64,000 nucleotides of DNA from a virus (lineage: Duplodnaviria; Caudoviricetes): IMG/VR virus record IMGVR_UViG_3300034523_000162, positions 1,842 to 65,841 of that record, one strand, 5' to 3'. The notes below the pieces were generated by a model. It saw only the letters and a program-made list of their open reading frames with translations, ran no database searches and was not told the origin of the DNA. The stretch's first letter is position 1. Every line of letters starts with the position of its first letter. Shown piece after piece: positions 62,912 to 64,000 of the stretch. Made by a program: the position numbers and the translations under genes.

Positions 62912-64000
62912 AGCAAGTGAAAACGGCCATATCTGCTGGCTATCTGACGATCGAATCGGGCGCCGACAAGCACCAGGTGGTGCTTTCCTTCCAGACCATG
63001 GAGGCCATGCACGCGGCCCATGTCGAGCTGCACGCCCTGCGCCAGCTGCCCGACGTGCCGCTGGTTTGGGCCAACCGCGAGCAGCTGCTGCTGTGCACTC
63101 GCCAGCCGCGCGAGCATGCCCCGGGCACGCTCCTGGACGGCCAGCCGCGCAACGTCGCCGGCAGCGCCCTGCGCACCGACTACTGCAACACGCCGCTGTA
63201 CCCCCGCCCTGCGGCCCTGCCGGCGTCCTGGAAGCTGATCGAGCGCCACCTGGTGGCCGAGCCTGTCGCCGAGGCCGGCGCCGGCATCGTGGCCCGTTTC
63301 AAGGGCAACCCGGCGTTCGACGACCTGGCGCTGGCGCTGGCCGTGTGGGATGCCATGCTGCTGGCCTCGTCGGAGGTCACCCTGGGCGACCTGTTCCCGC
63401 TCCTCGAGGAGGAGCAGGCCGTGGAGATCGAGGAGGACGCCAACCACCGCTGCCCCGATCGGGCCCTGCAATCGGCGCTGTTCGCCTGCCTGGCCGGCGG
63501 CGCCCTGCCCCGCCGCTACGGCGGCGTGCAGATCGATGGCGGCCGCTATGCCTGGGTGACCTTCACCACCGTCGGCGCCGATGACCCGACCCCGGAGCCG
63601 GTGAAGTGGTGGAACGGCTGCGACAGCACGGTGCCGGCGGCCCTGCGCTTCCTGGCCAACAACGAGCGCCCGATCGGCGGCGAGAGCCGGTTTAACGCCG
63701 AGCACCTGTACCAGCTCGCTGGCGAGGTCGAGCGCATGGCCAAGACCCGGCTGTATGCGGCCGCGCCCGACTTCGAGCAGCTGGTGCAGGTAAACGTGGC
63801 GCTGGTTGCCCAGCGTGACCATGCCATCGAGGTGCGCGACAACCTTTCCCGCCAGCTGCGCAGCGCCGAGGAGCGCGTCCGGGAGCTGCTGCAGCCGCTT
63901 GGCGACGGCGAGCCGGTGCTGGGCTGGGTTGACCCCGAGCGCGACGAGTTCTTGAGCGTGAAGGGCCGCCAGCAGGCCGAAAGCATGGGCCACGGCGAAG
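62908..64000 (+). CDS. Hypothetical protein, partial (runs off the window edge)
   Basis: Not in the ORF track; ATGA overlap, MKQVKTAISAGYLTIES..., open to the end. Confidence 0.7.
   Translation, partial: MKQVKTAISAGYLTIESGADKHQVVLSFQTMEAMHAAHVELHALRQLPDVPLVWANREQLLLCTRQPREHAPGTLLDGQPRNVAGSALRTDYCNTPLYPRPAALPASWKLIERHLVAEPVAEAGAGIVARFKGNPAFDDLALALAVWDAMLLASSEVTLGDLFPLLEEEQAVEIEEDANHRCPDRALQSALFACLAGGALPRRYGGVQIDGGRYAWVTFTTVGADDPTPEPVKWWNGCDSTVPAALRFLANNERPIGGESRFNAEHLYQLAGEVERMAKTRLYAAAPDFEQLVQVNVALVAQRDHAIEVRDNLSRQLRSAEERVRELLQPLGDGEPVLGWVDPERDEFLSVKGRQQAESMGHGE

Overview
The whole window is one GC-rich tailed (siphovirus-type) phage genome segment, with no host genes at either edge. On the minus strand, 35.1 kb to 1 is a late operon: HNH, ParB-N/DNA methyltransferase, TerS, TerL, portal, MuF minor head protein, a 1464-aa Nudix + kinase-like + ADP-ribosyltransferase protein with an acidic partner, XkdF-type protease, scaffold, decoration, capsid, neck and tail genes, tail chaperone with a -1 frameshift, tape measure, tail tip and fibre, and a GH108 lysis cassette. 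From 35.4 to 39.1 kb are small plus-strand genes. From 50.7 to 39.3 kb (minus) are a Cro-like HTH, RusA, replication genes with iterons, small ORFs, and parA with a small partner. From 50.9 to 64 kb (plus) are RecE-like exonuclease, RecT, an SMC-like ATPase, RdgC-FtsK-gamma, a Tad2-like gene and hypotheticals. No integrase is visible; parA plus five dispersed 8-bp repeat arrays suggest a phage-plasmid. The most notable signals are the multi-enzyme head-module protein, the dispersed centromere-like arrays, a duplicated initiator domain, a dispersed 18-bp operator and two structured non-coding regions. All family calls come from recognising motifs by eye; no searches were run.
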